DNA of 63,775 nt, the filler included. It is 5 parts of 5 records of this genome, joined end to end, with 100 filler letters (N's around TTAATTAATTAA, not from the genome) between each part and the next. Parts side by side here need not be neighbours in the genome. Positions count along the whole stretch, not along the records: positions 58,385 to 63,775 come from SRR20825006_2033; 4 more parts are not named here. One strand, 5' to 3'. The notes under the pieces were generated by a model that saw only the letters and a list, made by a program, of their open reading frames with translations, was not told the origin of the DNA and ran no database searches. This document shows, piece by piece, positions 63,708 to 63,775 of the stretch (position 1 is the first letter of the stretch; each line of letters begins with the position of its first letter). The position numbers were made by a program, and so were the translations under genes.

Positions 63708-63775
63708 TGGTGCGGGTGAGAGGACTCGAACCTCCACGCCTTGCGGCGCTGGAACCTAAATCCAGTGCGTCTACC
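63708..63775 (-). tRNA. tRNA-Leu (anticodon TAG), 5' end cut by the window edge
   Basis: Minus strand GGTAGACGCA-CTGGA-TTTAGGT-TCCAG, long variable arm, GGTTCGAGTCC, encoded CCA. Confidence 0.95.

Overview
The window is not one locus. It is five assembly pieces joined by 100-nt artificial spacers (44 N + TTAATTAATTAA + 44 N) at 22066-22165, 32063-32162, 49180-49279 and 58285-58384, so gene neighbourhoods must not be read across those joins. Piece A (1-22065, Gammaproteobacteria-like, probably Marinobacter-type) is an accessory island. It carries transposon debris, a RelB/RelE toxin-antitoxin pair, Usp, MarR-EmrAB, an orphan ectC, a REC-PAS-GGDEF protein and a Tn3-family tnpT/orf/tnpS/tnpA module whose TnpS has an extra C-terminal domain. 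That module's right end interrupts a trypsin-like protease gene lying just upstream of a Gabija-like OLD nuclease + UvrD pair. A short tyrosine recombinase with its own palindromic site follows, and the piece ends in a canonical dif site. Piece B (22166-32062, Alphaproteobacteria-like) has a LysR-TRAP-tartrate/D-malate dehydrogenase block and an XRE/MmyB regulator. Piece C (32163-49179, Myxococcota-like) has pfa2/pfa3-type PUFA synthase genes followed by a 1656-aa single-chain biotin carboxylase-BCCP-carboxyltransferase. Piece D (49280-58284) has an etfBA-ABC transporter-racemase-purU operon and two GcvA-like regulators. Piece E (58385-63775) has parE, an ABC-F gene with an attenuator-like leader, tig and tRNA-Leu(TAG). 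Family calls come from motif recognition only; no database searches were run, and taxon guesses are inference.
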